From contig JAXHLW010000013.1 of the NCBI GenBank assembly GCA_034521815.1, positions 960,001 through 1,024,000 on the forward strand: DNA of 64,000 nucleotides, in the 5' to 3' direction. A program made the position numbers and the translations under genes. Below, in pieces: positions 21,358 through 32,319 of this stretch. This stretch comes from Trueperaceae bacterium (GTDB lineage: Bacteria; Deinococcota; Deinococci; Deinococcales; Trueperaceae). The first letter of the stretch is position 1. The number at the start of each line of letters is the position of its first letter. The notes beneath the pieces were generated by a model that worked only from the letters and a program-made list of their open reading frames with translations, made no database searches and had not been told where the DNA came from.

Positions 21358-21683
21358 CACGACGCCGGGGCCGCCAGCCAGGCGAGCGCCTCGGCGGCCG
21401 TGTCCTGCACGGTCGCACTCTTCATGAGCCGGGCCACCAAAATCGCCTCCACGATCTCCTCGTCGCTGACGCCGGCCTTCCGAGCCTGCTTCGTCCACAT
21501 GAGCGTGCAGGTCGACGACTGCAGGGCGGCGGCGACGCCGATGCCGATGAGCAGCTTCTGCGTCAGCGGCAACGCCTGCAATGCCGGGTTCTCGAGGGTG
21601 GCGGCGCGGTGCTCCATGTAGGTGCGTGCGCCTTCGGGGGATGCGGTGCGAAGGATGTCCATGGGGGCGGCGGATGGGTTCAC
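21357..21683 (-). CDS. CMD/AhpD-like protein, copy 2
   Basis: Same protein as 8747-9073. Confidence 0.75.
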   Translation of the reverse strand: MNPSAAPMDILRTASPEGARTYMEHRAATLENPALQALPLTQKLLIGIGVAAALQSSTCTLMWTKQARKAGVSDEEIVEAILVARLMKSATVQDTAAEALAWLAAPAS

Positions 21684-21907
21684 GGTGTCTCCTCTTCGAA
21701 ATGGGGTGGAGAGGTGCGCGGAGAACGCCGTCACGAAGGGCGTGAGCTAAGGACCCGCAACACCGCGGCACGCCTCGCGACGTGGTCGTCGGCACGGCTC
21801 AGGCGCAGCGCACCTCCGGACGCCACCGCCCACGATGTCGTGAAGCTGGCCCATCACCAAGGGCCATTCGTCCGTGGCCCGGCACGGCTCCGGCGAAGAC
21901 CGTGCGA

Positions 21908-21960
21908 CTTATATGTTTGATGCGGGGACCCACGTGATAGGCCGAGAGCGACTGGGTGCT
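21908..21960 (+). mobile_element. IS110 left-end remnant (CT core plus 51 bp)
   Basis: Matches 9298-9350 with a few changes, then joins directly to CAGTCGAAC. Confidence 0.8.
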
Positions 21961-23289
21961 CAGTCGAACGCTGCCGCCGCCGGGACGCGCGCCGGCGTGT
22001 TGCACGGCATCCCCTCCTCGAACAGGGCACGCTCGTCCTCCGGCAGGCGTGCGCGCGCGAGGTCGCGAATGCCGTTCACGCCGATGAAGAACTCGCGCAT
22101 CATCACGACCAGCAGGTAGCGCCCCGTCTCGGTCAGCTCCAGCGCCTCCGCGTCGTCGCGCGAGAACGCGCCGGACGCCTTCAGGAACAGGTACTCCGCC
22201 CACAGCGCACGCTCGACCGGGGCGCCGTTGCGCTTGGCGAACGCGCTCTTGTCCAGTCGGAGCCCGAACAGGTCCATCATCAGCCGGTAGCGCCGCCGAT
22301 CGGCGCGGCTCAGCGGCATGTGGGCGTCCACGCTGAGACGGCCCTCGTCGATCGCGCCGGCGTAGGCCCGCAGGCTGAACGGGTTCGCGTACAGCTCGTC
22401 GTTCAGGTAGCTGAACGAGCCGCTGCCCACGCCGACGTACTCGTCGTGGTCCACGATGTACTCGTCGATCATCGTCGACGCCTCGCGCGAGAACGCCCAG
22501 GCCGACGTCGGCTTGAAGGTGTCCGACAAGGCTTCCGACAACAGCCGGTACTGGCGCTCCTCCTGTTGGTAGTCGACCGTGCCCAGCGCTCGCTCGAGCG
22601 GCTTCTCGACCGACGGCGACACCATCAGCGGGTAGTACGTCACCTGGTCCGCGCCGGTCGCCTTGAGCGACTCGATGTCCCGCTTCAGGACGTCGTCGGT
22701 CAGCGAGGGAAGGTTGAAGATCATGTCGACGTTGAGCGTGGTCGAGCCGGCCCGCGGCCAGCTCGACCCCGGCCAGGATCTCCTCCGCCGTGCCGTAGGC
22801 GTCGCGGCGCTTCATCTGACGAAGCAGCTCGTCGTCCAGGCTCTGGACCCCGACCGACAGCCGGTCCACGCGTCCGTCGAGCACGTCGAGAACGTCGTGG
22901 GTCAGGTGGTTCGGGTTCGTCTCGGTCGACACCTCGCCCACGCCGAACAGCTCACGGGCCAGGTCGATCGTCGCGACCAGCTCCTCCGGGATCACGGTCG
23001 GCGTGCCGCCTCCTATGTACATCGAGGAGAAGTCGTAGCCCAGGTCGGCCACCATCCGCATCTCTTCGCGAAGCGCGTGGAAGTAGCGGGTCGCCGCGTC
23101 CTGCTGGAACGGAAAGCGGTTGAACGAGCAGTACGGGCAGAGTCGATGGCAGAACGGGACGTGCGCGTACAGCAGATAGCCACCGTGATGGGTCGGCTTC
23201 GGGAGATCGCCCGGCTTGTGGGGCTCCAAGCGAAGCTGCTGCGACCGTAGACCACGAAGGCGGCGGGTGAGGAGTCGCTCCGCGATCAT
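21960..23289 (-). CDS. MenK-like radical SAM enzyme, copy 2 (frameshift near 22742)
   Basis: Collinear with 10471-11799. Confidence 0.75.
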
Positions 23290-23464
23290 CGAAGCCGAGG
23301 TCCACGCCCGACGGCGTGCTGGCGTCCTACGTCGTTGAATGCGCATGCGACAAGGTATCGCATCGAGGCGAACCGACGGGCAGGACGAACGACCCGGCTC
23401 CCGTCGGGAATCCGACCGACGTGCGCCGGACCCCGGTGATGCACTGCGCCTTGGAGGTGCACGG

Positions 23465-23821
23465 ATGCACAAGATCGCGATCATCGTCCTGGCCGACACC
23501 GAAACGCACGGAGACCTGGGACGCGCCGTCAACGCCCTGGAGGTGGCCAAGGAGTTCGCCGAGGCGGGCGACGAGGTCGCCCTCGTGTTCGACGGAGCGG
23601 GCACGAAGTGGGTGCCGGTCCTCGACGACCCGTCCCACAAGCGGCACGCGCTCTGGACGTCGGTGAAGGACCACGTCGCCGGCGCGTGCGCGTTCTGCTC
23701 CACGGCGTTCGGCGCGAAGGACGGCGTCGAGGCGGCCGGCGTCGCGCTGTTGAGCGAGTTCGAGGAGCACCCCAGCCTGCGCGGCTACGTCGAGAAGGGC
23801 TACCGGATCCTCACCTTCTGA
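23465..23821 (+). CDS. DsrE-like protein, copy 2
   Basis: Near-identical to 11973-12329. Confidence 0.7.
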   Translation: MHKIAIIVLADTETHGDLGRAVNALEVAKEFAEAGDEVALVFDGAGTKWVPVLDDPSHKRHALWTSVKDHVAGACAFCSTAFGAKDGVEAAGVALLSEFEEHPSLRGYVEKGYRILTF

Positions 23822-23904
23822 CCGCCGAACGCGCAGGCCCCATGCGTCTGCCAAGCGCTGTTGGGCGCAAGGAGACGCAAAAAGGCACGAGGAGGCACGA
23901 CCCG

Positions 23905-24681
23905 ATGCATCTATTCCAAACCGCGATGGGGGTGCACGTGCCCGACGTCGGCGCGGATCGCATGCGCGAGCTCGACCGGGTGGCCGTGGACGAGTTCGGC
24001 ATCGATCTGCTGCAGATGATGGAGAACGCCGGCCGCGCCCTCGCCGCGACGGTCCGCGGCATGCTGCACGGGAGCGGTGGCGTGACCGTGCTGGCCGGCG
24101 GCGGCGGCAACGGCGGGGGCGGGCTGAGCGCGGCACGCCACCTGCACGGACGCGACGTCGAGGTCCGCGTGGTCCTCGCGCGGCCCGAGGACCGCCTCTC
24201 CGCGGCGACGGCGCACCAGCTCCGCACCCTGCGTGCCATCGGCGTCCCCATCGAGGGACCGGCGCACGCGGACCGCTGGATCGGCGAGGCCGAGGTCGCG
24301 ATCGACGCGCTGCTGGGCTACGGCGCGACGGGGCCGGCCGAGGGGACCATCGCCGACTTGATCCGAACGCTGAACCGTCGTGCGCGCCGGATCGTCTCGC
24401 TCGATCTCCCCTCGGGGCTCCACGCCACGCACGGCACCGTCGGCGGTCCGATCGTCCGTCCCGTTCGGACCCTCACGCTGGCGCTGCCCAAGACCGGCCT
24501 CGCCGACCCTGCCGCCGACCTCGCCGAGCTGTGGCTGGCCGACATCGGCATTCCGCCCGAGGCGTTCCACCGCGTCGGGCTGACGTCGTACCGGACGCCG
24601 TTCCGAACGGAGGACCGGGTCCCGCTTCGCTGCACCGGCACCTGGTCGACGCGCTGCCGCGACGTCGTGTCCCCTGGCTGA
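23905..24681 (+). CDS. nnrE: NAD(P)H-hydrate epimerase-like protein, copy 2
   Basis: Collinear with 12414-13190; many third-position differences. Confidence 0.85.
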   Translation: MHLFQTAMGVHVPDVGADRMRELDRVAVDEFGIDLLQMMENAGRALAATVRGMLHGSGGVTVLAGGGGNGGGGLSAARHLHGRDVEVRVVLARPEDRLSAATAHQLRTLRAIGVPIEGPAHADRWIGEAEVAIDALLGYGATGPAEGTIADLIRTLNRRARRIVSLDLPSGLHATHGTVGGPIVRPVRTLTLALPKTGLADPAADLAELWLADIGIPPEAFHRVGLTSYRTPFRTEDRVPLRCTGTWSTRCRDVVSPG

Positions 24682-24744
24682 GACGTCCGGTGGCGCGCCG
24701 CGACGACGCCCTGATCGACGACGCCCGGATCGGAGCGTCGCCGG

Positions 24745-25521
24745 TCAGGGCAGCTCGTCGCGCCAGGCGGCCGCGTCCGAGGTGGTCGCGATCCCCAGCA
24801 AGCCCTGATCGTGCCGACCGTGCTCGGTGATCAGGACCGCCTCGAGCCGGGGGGCGTCGACGAACGCCTCGACGACCTCCAGCGCAGGGACGTCCCGCGC
24901 GACGAAGATCCAGTCACGCCGGTCCTTCTGGACGGCCAGAACGTCGGCGACGGTCCGTCCTGCGATCGCGCCCAGCGGCCCGTCGGACGGATCGCGAGGC
25001 GGCTCCGAGGGCGCATCGAACGTCGCCGCGAGCCAGCGGACGATCCCGGCCGCCGTGAGCAGCCCCTCGAACGCGCCGGCGTCGTACACGGGAAACTGGG
25101 TGATCGAGCGGTCGCGGATCGTCGCCAGGACGTCGGCCAGACGGTCGCTCACGTCCACGGCGACCACGTCGCGCCGAAACGCCTCGTCGGCACGGACCGG
25201 CGTGACCAGGCGATCGTGAATCGCGCGGATCTCGTTCAGAACGTCCCGACTTGGAATCGACAGGTACGCGAAGCGCTCGTAGCGGTCGTGCACGATCACG
25301 TTGCGCAGGTCGGAGAACGCCAGCATCGCTTCGAGGTCGCCGCGCCACCAGCGGTGCCGGTCCGCGAAGCGGTGCGCCGCGGTCTTGAACCCTTCGTGGT
25401 CGGCGACGCCGGTGCGCCGCTTCAGCTCGCGCTCGATCCGGTTGAACGCGGTCAGGAACTCCTCGGCCTCGTGCGTGCCGGGGGGCGGACCTTCAGGGCG
25501 ATCGTCAGCTGGTGCGGTCAT
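24745..25521 (-). CDS. CBS-domain protein, copy 2
   Basis: Near-identical to 13254-14030. Confidence 0.75.
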   Translation of the reverse strand: MTAPADDRPEGPPPGTHEAEEFLTAFNRIERELKRRTGVADHEGFKTAAHRFADRHRWWRGDLEAMLAFSDLRNVIVHDRYERFAYLSIPSRDVLNEIRAIHDRLVTPVRADEAFRRDVVAVDVSDRLADVLATIRDRSITQFPVYDAGAFEGLLTAAGIVRWLAATFDAPSEPPRDPSDGPLGAIAGRTVADVLAVQKDRRDWIFVARDVPALEVVEAFVDAPRLEAVLITEHGRHDQGLLGIATTSDAAAWRDELP

Positions 25522-26807
25522 GGCCGACTGTACCCAGCGCCCCTGCCGCCACGCCCTGCCCGCCGTGCGGCACGACCGCACCGACGTCCGCGAGGGGGAC
25601 GGTCTCCTCCGCCAGGAAGCGCCTGAGGAACACGCGCGTGGCGCCCACCGCGGTCGCCTCGGCCGCGACGACGTGGGCCCGGCGCACGATCAGCGCGTTG
25701 TCCAGCAGGGTGGGAAGGCGACGCCGGACGTTCGTCTCGAGCCGGTCCAGAAGGGCGGCGGGGGCGCCGGCGAGGCCCCCGCCGATCACCAGCAGCTCCG
25801 GCTGCAGCAGGTGGACGAACGCGGCGACCTGGTCGCCGAGCACCCCCAGCATCCGTGTGATCACGCGTTCTGCCGGCTGCTCGCCCTGGGCGGCGCGGAG
25901 GAGGATCTCGTCGAGCCGCCGCCGCACCTGCGCCGGGGTTCGCGGGGAAGGCGGGCGCTGGGAGGAGGGTCCCTGCACCGACTCCGGCCCCGGCGTGCCC
26001 GCGGCTTCGCGTTCGTAGCTGGCGACGAGTCCGTGCATGCGGAGCAGCTCGGCGTCGCTGGCGTCGCCCCCTCCGGCCAGGAGCTCCGGCCCGACCAGGC
26101 CCGCGTTGCCGAACGGTCCCGCGTACGGCGCCCCGTCCAGGAACATGGTGAACTTGACGCCTTCGGCGTACCCGACGTAGGCGTACGTTCGCGCCTCTTC
26201 GCCCAGGCCGAACTCGGCGCTGGCGAGGGCGTCCATGTCGTTTCCGATCGTGACGTGGAGCCCGGTCGCCTCGCGAAGTCGGCCGGCGAGCGGCAGGTTG
26301 TTCCAGTTCGGGACCCGGCCGATCGTCACGACCGTGCCGGTGACGGGATCGATGAAGCCCGGCGTCGCGATCCCCAGGCCCACCACCCGCCGCTCGGGCC
26401 GGCGCCTGCGGAGATCGGCGAGGAACGCCAGCACCGCTTGGTGCACCGCGTCCGGCTCCGAGGTCGACCAGCTCGTCGGGAACGACGTCGTCCAGAACCC
26501 GGCCGGTCAGGTCGGTGGCGACGAGGCGCATGCCGGGATGGGCGAGGTGGACGCCGACCAGCGTCAGGACGTCGTCGTCGAGGCCGAACAGGTTGGCGGG
26601 CCGCCCGCCGGTCGCCTCCTCGCGCCCGACCACACGGGTCCAGCGTGCCGACGTGAGCTCCTGCACGGCGCGCCGCAAGGTCGGCGGACTGGTCCCGGTC
26701 GCGCCGGCGAGGTCGGCCAGCGACATCGGCCGGACGGCGAGCTGCGTGAGGATCGATCGTTGCATGTCCATGGTCATCGGTTTCAAAGGGCCGCCGGGCT
26801 GCACCAT
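25505..26807 (-). CDS. ROK family transcriptional regulator (frameshift near 26455)
   Basis: N-terminal HTH (SLADLAGATGTSPPTL), TGGRPA, GLGIATPGFID, IGNDMDALASAE. Confidence 0.85.
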
Positions 26808-26837
26808 ACCCGGCCGGCCGCGGGGCAGGGAGGTGGG

Positions 26838-26880
26838 TTGACACCTTTTGGAAAGTGTAATACAAAAGAGTATCCTTTTT
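26838..26880. promoter_or_regulatory. AT-rich divergent promoter with probable ROK operator
   Basis: TTGACA followed by the imperfect palindrome ACACCTTTTGGAAAGTGT. Confidence 0.55.
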
Positions 26881-26961
26881 CGCTCGCGGACCGCCGCAGG
26901 CGCCACAGCCCGACACCCCACTTCATGATCGAGCCCCAGCTTCAGGAGGCCCTCCGTCACG

Positions 26962-28503
26962 ATGCTCCCCGGCTACGAAGGACTCTCGCCCCGCTACGGC
27001 GACCTCCACAACCACTGCGCGCTCAGCTACGGCGCCGGGTCGGCGGAGGACGCGCTCCGCAACGCGCGCCTGCAGCTCGACTTCGTCAGCGTCACCGTTC
27101 ACGGCGCCTGGCCCGACGTCCCGCGCGACGATCCCGACCTCGACTACCTCGTCGCCTACCACGACCGCGGCTTCGAGCGCGCCCGCGAGGTGTGGGACGA
27201 CTACCTCGCCCTGACCGACGCGGCGTACCAGCCGGGCCGGTTCGTCACGCTTCCGAGCTTCGAATGGCATTCGATGGCGTACGGCGACTACTGCGCCTAC
27301 TTCAAGAACGGCGCGGGCACCCGCATCGTCGACGCGCCCGACCTTCCCTCCCTGCGAACCGCGGTCCAGGCGATGAGCGAGGACGCCATGCTCGTCCCCC
27401 ACCACATCGGCTACCAGCGGGGCTACCGAGGCATCGACTGGCGCGCGTTCGACGAGTCGCTGTCGCCGGTCGCCGAGATCGTCTCGTTCCACGGCGCAGC
27501 CGAGAGCTGCGACGGCCCCGTCCCGTACCTGCACGCCATGGGGCCCCTTCACGTCGAGGGCACGGCCCGCCACGGCTGGCGGATGGGGCACCGCTTCGGG
27601 GTGATCGGCTCCACCGACCACCACGCCGCCGTTCCCGGAGCGTACGGCTACGGACGCCTGGGCGCCTGGCTGCCCTCGCTGGACCGGGACGCCCTCTGGG
27701 AGGCGCTCCGCCAGCGTCGCACCTGGGCCCTGACCGGCGACCGGATCGACCTCGCGTTCACGGTGAACGGCACGCCGATGGGCGGCGTGGCCGCGCCCGC
27801 AGAGACGCGCGAGGTCGAGGTCGACGTACGCGGAGGCGACGGGATCGAGTACGTCGAGATCCTGCACGACGAGCGCGTCGTGCACCGTGAGAGCGTGTTC
27901 CCGCAGCGCGCAGGCCCCGGCCGCGTCAAGGTGCACGTCGAAGTCGGCTGGGGCGAAGCCAAGCACGCGACCCTCTGGGACGTCACGCTCCGCGTTCGCG
28001 ACGGCGCCGTGACGTCGGTCGAGCCACGCTTCCGCGGTCCCCTTCCCAGCGTGCCGCCGCGCGAGGGCGAGCCGTTCTCGCCGCACACGCTGGAGCGGCC
28101 CTCGCCGGACGCCGTCCGTTTCACCACGAGAACCTGGCCCAACCCGGCCTCGGCGGTTCCGGCCAGCGAAGGGGTCTGCCTCGAGCTCGACGTGGACGAC
28201 GCGACGGTGCTCGACGCCGAGGTCAACGGCCAGTCGATCGAGATTCCCCTGCGCGACCTGTTCGAAGGGTCGCGCTCGCACCACCTGGCAGGCTTCGTCT
28301 CCCCCGCGGTCCGCATTCGCCGCGCCATCGCAGAATCCGAGTTCGCCACCCGATTCCGCTTCCGCCACCAGGTCCCGGCCGCAGACGATGATCTGTACCG
28401 GGTCCGGGTCCGCCAACGCAACGACCAGTGGGCGTGGAGCTCCCCCGTCTGGGTCGGAGATCCCCCGTCCGGAAAGGAGCGCGCAGAAGGCCGAGCCCGG
28501 TAG
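26962..28503 (+). CDS. PHP-like metallohydrolase (DUF3604-like)
   Basis: YGDLHNHC, FEWHS, VPHHIGY, EIVSFHG, IGSTDHH, AWSSPVW; AGGAGG RBS. Confidence 0.75.
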   Translation: MLPGYEGLSPRYGDLHNHCALSYGAGSAEDALRNARLQLDFVSVTVHGAWPDVPRDDPDLDYLVAYHDRGFERAREVWDDYLALTDAAYQPGRFVTLPSFEWHSMAYGDYCAYFKNGAGTRIVDAPDLPSLRTAVQAMSEDAMLVPHHIGYQRGYRGIDWRAFDESLSPVAEIVSFHGAAESCDGPVPYLHAMGPLHVEGTARHGWRMGHRFGVIGSTDHHAAVPGAYGYGRLGAWLPSLDRDALWEALRQRRTWALTGDRIDLAFTVNGTPMGGVAAPAETREVEVDVRGGDGIEYVEILHDERVVHRESVFPQRAGPGRVKVHVEVGWGEAKHATLWDVTLRVRDGAVTSVEPRFRGPLPSVPPREGEPFSPHTLERPSPDAVRFTTRTWPNPASAVPASEGVCLELDVDDATVLDAEVNGQSIEIPLRDLFEGSRSHHLAGFVSPAVRIRRAIAESEFATRFRFRHQVPAADDDLYRVRVRQRNDQWAWSSPVWVGDPPSGKERAEGRAR

Positions 28504-28552
28504 CACGCCCCCTTCGCCATCGGCGCACGACGCGCCCCCAAGGAGACCCTCC

Positions 28553-29847
28553 ATGACGACCGCCTTCCGACTGTTTCTCACACTCGCCCTCGCCTTCGCG
28601 GCGACCGCCTTCGCCCAATCGTCCGAGATCGACTGCATCACCGACGACCCCGCCACCATCACCTACGTCGGCGACCCCGTCGGCAACCTCGGCGAGATCG
28701 AGCTCGAGTCGATCGCCGCGTTCGAAGAGGCCTGCCCGCACATCACGGTCGAACGCGTCCCCGGGCCGGCCAACGCCAGCGACCTGCTGGCCAACTACCT
28801 CACCATGCTCGAAGCCGGCAGCGGCGACATCGACGTCATGCGCGTCGACGTGATCTGGCCCGGCGTGCTGGCCGAGAACCTCGTCGACCTCGCGCCCTAC
28901 TTCAGCGACGAGGAGCTCGACGCGCACTTCCCCGGCTACATCGAGAACAACCGCATCGGCGACGAGATGGTCGCGATCGCCTTCCGGCTGGGCGCGGGCA
29001 TGCTCTACTACCGCACCGACCTGCTCGAAAAGTACGGCTACGACGGACCGCCCGCCACCTGGGACGAGCTCGAGGCGATGGCCGCGACGATCCAGGAAGG
29101 CGAGCGGGCCGACGGCCACGACGAGTTCTGGGGCTTCGTCTGGCAGGGCAACAACTACGAAGGCCTCACCACCAACGCGCTCGAATGGCAGATCTCCAAC
29201 GGCGGCGGCAGCATCGTCAGCCCTGACGGCGAGATCGAAGTGAACAACGACGCCACCATCGAAGCGTTCGAGCAGGCCGCCGGCTGGGTCGGCACCATCA
29301 GCCCGCCCGGGGTCGTCGGCTACGCCGAAGAGGACGCACGCGGCGTGTGGCACGCCGGCAACGCGGCGTTCATGCGCAACTGGCCGTACGCCTACAGCAC
29401 CACGCTCGACAGCGAAGCGATCTCCGACGACTTCGAGGTCGCAGCCCTTCCGGCCGGCGACTCCGGCGAGTACGCCGCCACCATGGGCGGCTGGAGCATC
29501 GGCGTGAACCGCTACAGCGAGAACGTCGAAGCCGCCGTGGCGTTCGCCGAAGCACTTCGCGTCGTACGAGGAGCAGAAGCGCCGCGCGATCGAGAACGCC
29601 ATCAACCCGACGATCGCCGCGCTCTACCAGGACGCCGACGTGATCGAGGCCACGCCGATCTTCGAGGGCCTCGACGAGGTGTTCATGGGCGCCGCTCCGC
29701 GACCCTCGACCGTGACCGGGTCGGACTACAACCAGGTCTCGACGCTCTACTCGACCGCCGTGCACAACGTCCTGACCGGCGAGCGAAGACGCCGCGACGG
29801 CGATGGCGCTGCTCGAGCTCGACCTCGAAGCGCTTCTCGGCGACTGA
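28553..29847 (+). CDS. Sugar ABC substrate-binding protein (trehalose/maltose-like), frameshifts near 29550 and 29785
   Basis: Signal peptide; DVIWPG, LYYRTDLLEKYG, YEGLT, FMRNWPYAY, GGWSIGVN. Confidence 0.88.
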
Positions 29848-29908
29848 TCGCTCTCCTCTCCGGAGAGCGCCGCTGGCCGCTCGCCGGGCCTATCTTGCGG
29901 AGAACCCT

Positions 29909-31474
29909 ATGAACCGCGCCTCCCGACCCGCTCGTCCGGATCCGACCCCGTCGACGCGTGCCTTGGGCGCGCTGCTGGTCGTGGCGGGGCTCGGCGCCAT
30001 CGTCGCGCTGGTCGTCGCGGTCGCCACGAACCCCGACGTCCGTGCCGGCTTCGACACCTCCCTCGGCGACGACCGCCCGTCGTGGATCCTCGCGATCCTC
30101 GACCGGTTCGGCCTGCTCGTGCCCGGGCTGATCCTCGCCGTCGGGGCCACGATCGTCCGAGCCGGGATCGACGTGGCGCGACGCGAGGCGGCGACCCTGC
30201 GCATGACCCGTGACGCCGCTCTCTGGGCCGTGATCGCGCTGGGCATCGCGACCGTCGCGAGAGCGCTGCAAGGAGCACCCCTGGTCCCGGCCGGAGCGTC
30301 GCCGTGGGCGTCGCTGACGACCGGCACGCTGGGTCCGCTGCTCGGGGCGGGCGCAGCGCTGGCCCTTCGGCTCGGTCTGAGCCGCGCCGCCGATGCGCCC
30401 GACCTGCCCAACGAGCCGCTCCCCGCGCGCGAGCGGCGCGCCGCCTGGAACCTGCTGGTGCCGGCCCTGCTGATCCTGGTGATGGTGGCCGCCCGTCCAC
30501 TCGAGGCGACGATCATCACCAGCCTCACCGACAAGCGTTTCGCCTCCGACCAGGTCCCGAACTTCGTGGGGCTGAAGCACTACCGCGAGCTGCTCACCGT
30601 GCGGTTCGACGAGCTCCAGTGCCGCCGCGACGACGCAGGGCGCATGCGCGACGGAACGCGCGACGGACAGCGTGCGCTGGGATGCCGCTTCCACGCGATC
30701 GCCTGGTCGAGGGCTACCGGACCGCGTTCGACCTGGAACGTTCCGTTCCTCACGCCCGACGACCGAGCGATCTCGGTCAGCGCGCTCGACCGACTGTGGA
30801 TTCGCAGCATCTGGGTCACGCTCGTCTTCACCGTCTCGTCGGTGTCGCTGGAGCTCGTGCTGGGGCTGTTCATCGCGATGACCGTCCACTCCAGCTTCCG
30901 CGGCCGCGGCGCGATGCGGGCGGTGATGCTGATCCCCTGGGCCATCCCCACGGTCGTGTCGGCACGGCTGTGGGAGCTGATGCTCAAGGACACCAGCGCG
31001 GGCGTCGTGAACCGCTTCCTGATGAGCATCGGAGCGATCGACATGCCGCAGGCCTGGCTCACCACATCGGCGCTGCAGCTTCCCTCGGTGATCATGATCG
31101 ACGTCTGGAAGACCGCGCCGTTCATGGCGCTGCTGCTGCTCGCGGGGCTGCAGGTGATCCCGAAGGAGCTGTACGAGTCGGCCAAAGTCGACGGCGCCAG
31201 CCCGTTCCGCGAGTTCGTCGCGATCACCCTGCCGCTGCTCAAGCCCGCGATCGGCGTGGCGCTGATCTTCCGCACGCTCGACGCGCTGCGGGTGTTCGAC
31301 CTGTTCCAGGTGCTGTTCGGGCGGGCCTCGCACAGCATCTCGACCTACAACTTCGACGTGCTGATCAACAATCAGCAAGCCGGCTACGCCTCGGCGATCG
31401 GGGTGTTGATCTTCGTGCTGATCTTCGGCTTCGCCGTGGCGTACGTTCGCGTGCTGGGGGTGAACCGCTCGTGA
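29909..31474 (+). CDS. Sugar ABC permease (MalF-like) with long N-terminal extension
   Basis: FVGLKHY, LIPWAIP, DVWKTAPF, EAA-like ELYESAKVDGA. Confidence 0.85.
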   Translation: MNRASRPARPDPTPSTRALGALLVVAGLGAIVALVVAVATNPDVRAGFDTSLGDDRPSWILAILDRFGLLVPGLILAVGATIVRAGIDVARREAATLRMTRDAALWAVIALGIATVARALQGAPLVPAGASPWASLTTGTLGPLLGAGAALALRLGLSRAADAPDLPNEPLPARERRAAWNLLVPALLILVMVAARPLEATIITSLTDKRFASDQVPNFVGLKHYRELLTVRFDELQCRRDDAGRMRDGTRDGQRALGCRFHAIAWSRATGPRSTWNVPFLTPDDRAISVSALDRLWIRSIWVTLVFTVSSVSLELVLGLFIAMTVHSSFRGRGAMRAVMLIPWAIPTVVSARLWELMLKDTSAGVVNRFLMSIGAIDMPQAWLTTSALQLPSVIMIDVWKTAPFMALLLLAGLQVIPKELYESAKVDGASPFREFVAITLPLLKPAIGVALIFRTLDALRVFDLFQVLFGRASHSISTYNFDVLINNQQAGYASAIGVLIFVLIFGFAVAYVRVLGVNRS

Positions 31475-32319
31475 CGCGCTCCCGACTTCGCCACCTCGCG
31501 CAGCGCACCGCGTTCTACTTCCTGGTGCTGCTGGTCGCGCTGTACGCCCTGGTGCCGTTCATCTGGGCGATCTCGACCTCGCTGAAGGGCGAGAGCGAGC
31601 TGTTCGGACCGGCCACGCTGATCCCGCGCGATCCCACCTTCGCGAACTACGCCAACGTGCTGAGCAGCGGGCCGTTCATGATGTCGCTCGCGAACTCGGT
31701 CCTCGTCGCCGGCGGCAGCGCGGTGCTGGCGCTCGGCGCTGGATCGTTCGCCGCCTACGCGCTGGGACGGCTCCGGTTCCGAGGCAAGCAGGCGATGCTG
31801 TACGCGGTGCTGGCGATGACGATGTTCCCGCAGATCTCGGTGCTCAGCGGCATGTACGAGAACGTCCGCGAGCTGGGCATCTTCGGTACGCAGGCGGCGA
31901 TGCTGTACGCCTACCCGCTGTTCACGCTGCCGTTCGCCGCCTGGGTACTGACCAGCTTCTTCCGTGGTCTCCCGCGCGAGATCGAGGAGGCCGCCGTCGT
32001 CGACGGCGCCACCACCGCCCAGATCTTCGCGCGCATCCTGCTCCCGTTGACGGTGCCGGCGCTGGTCACGACCGGCCTGCTGACGTTCATCGTCTCCTGG
32101 AACGAGTACCTGTTCGCGCTGAGCTTCACGATCACCAACCCCAGCGCGCAGACGGTCCCGGTCGCGATCGCGCAGTTCGCCGGCATCGTCGAGCAGCAGG
32201 AGCCGATCGCCGAGATCATGGCCGCCGCGATGATCGTCACGCTGCCGCTGGTGGTGCTGGTGCTGGTGTTCCAGCGCCGCATCGCCGCGGGCCTGACCGC
32301 CGGCTCGGTGAAAGGATGA
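31471..32319 (+). CDS. Sugar ABC permease (MalG-like)
   Basis: AAYALGRLRFRG, EIEEAAVVDGA, WNEYLFA, GLTAGSVKG. Confidence 0.9.
   Translation: MTRSRLRHLAQRTAFYFLVLLVALYALVPFIWAISTSLKGESELFGPATLIPRDPTFANYANVLSSGPFMMSLANSVLVAGGSAVLALGAGSFAAYALGRLRFRGKQAMLYAVLAMTMFPQISVLSGMYENVRELGIFGTQAAMLYAYPLFTLPFAAWVLTSFFRGLPREIEEAAVVDGATTAQIFARILLPLTVPALVTTGLLTFIVSWNEYLFALSFTITNPSAQTVPVAIAQFAGIVEQQEPIAEIMAAAMIVTLPLVVLVLVFQRRIAAGLTAGSVKG

Larger units (their letters stand above)
14612..26044. repeat. Tandem duplication, copy 2 (IS110 reduced to a remnant; about 200-bp deletion near 19550)
   Basis: Collinear with 1753-14552. Confidence 0.95.

Noticed and set aside
28388-31474. 1028-aa SBP-permease fusion ORF
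   Set aside because: Artefact of frameshifts near 29550 and 29785; the SBP has its own stop at 29845-29847.
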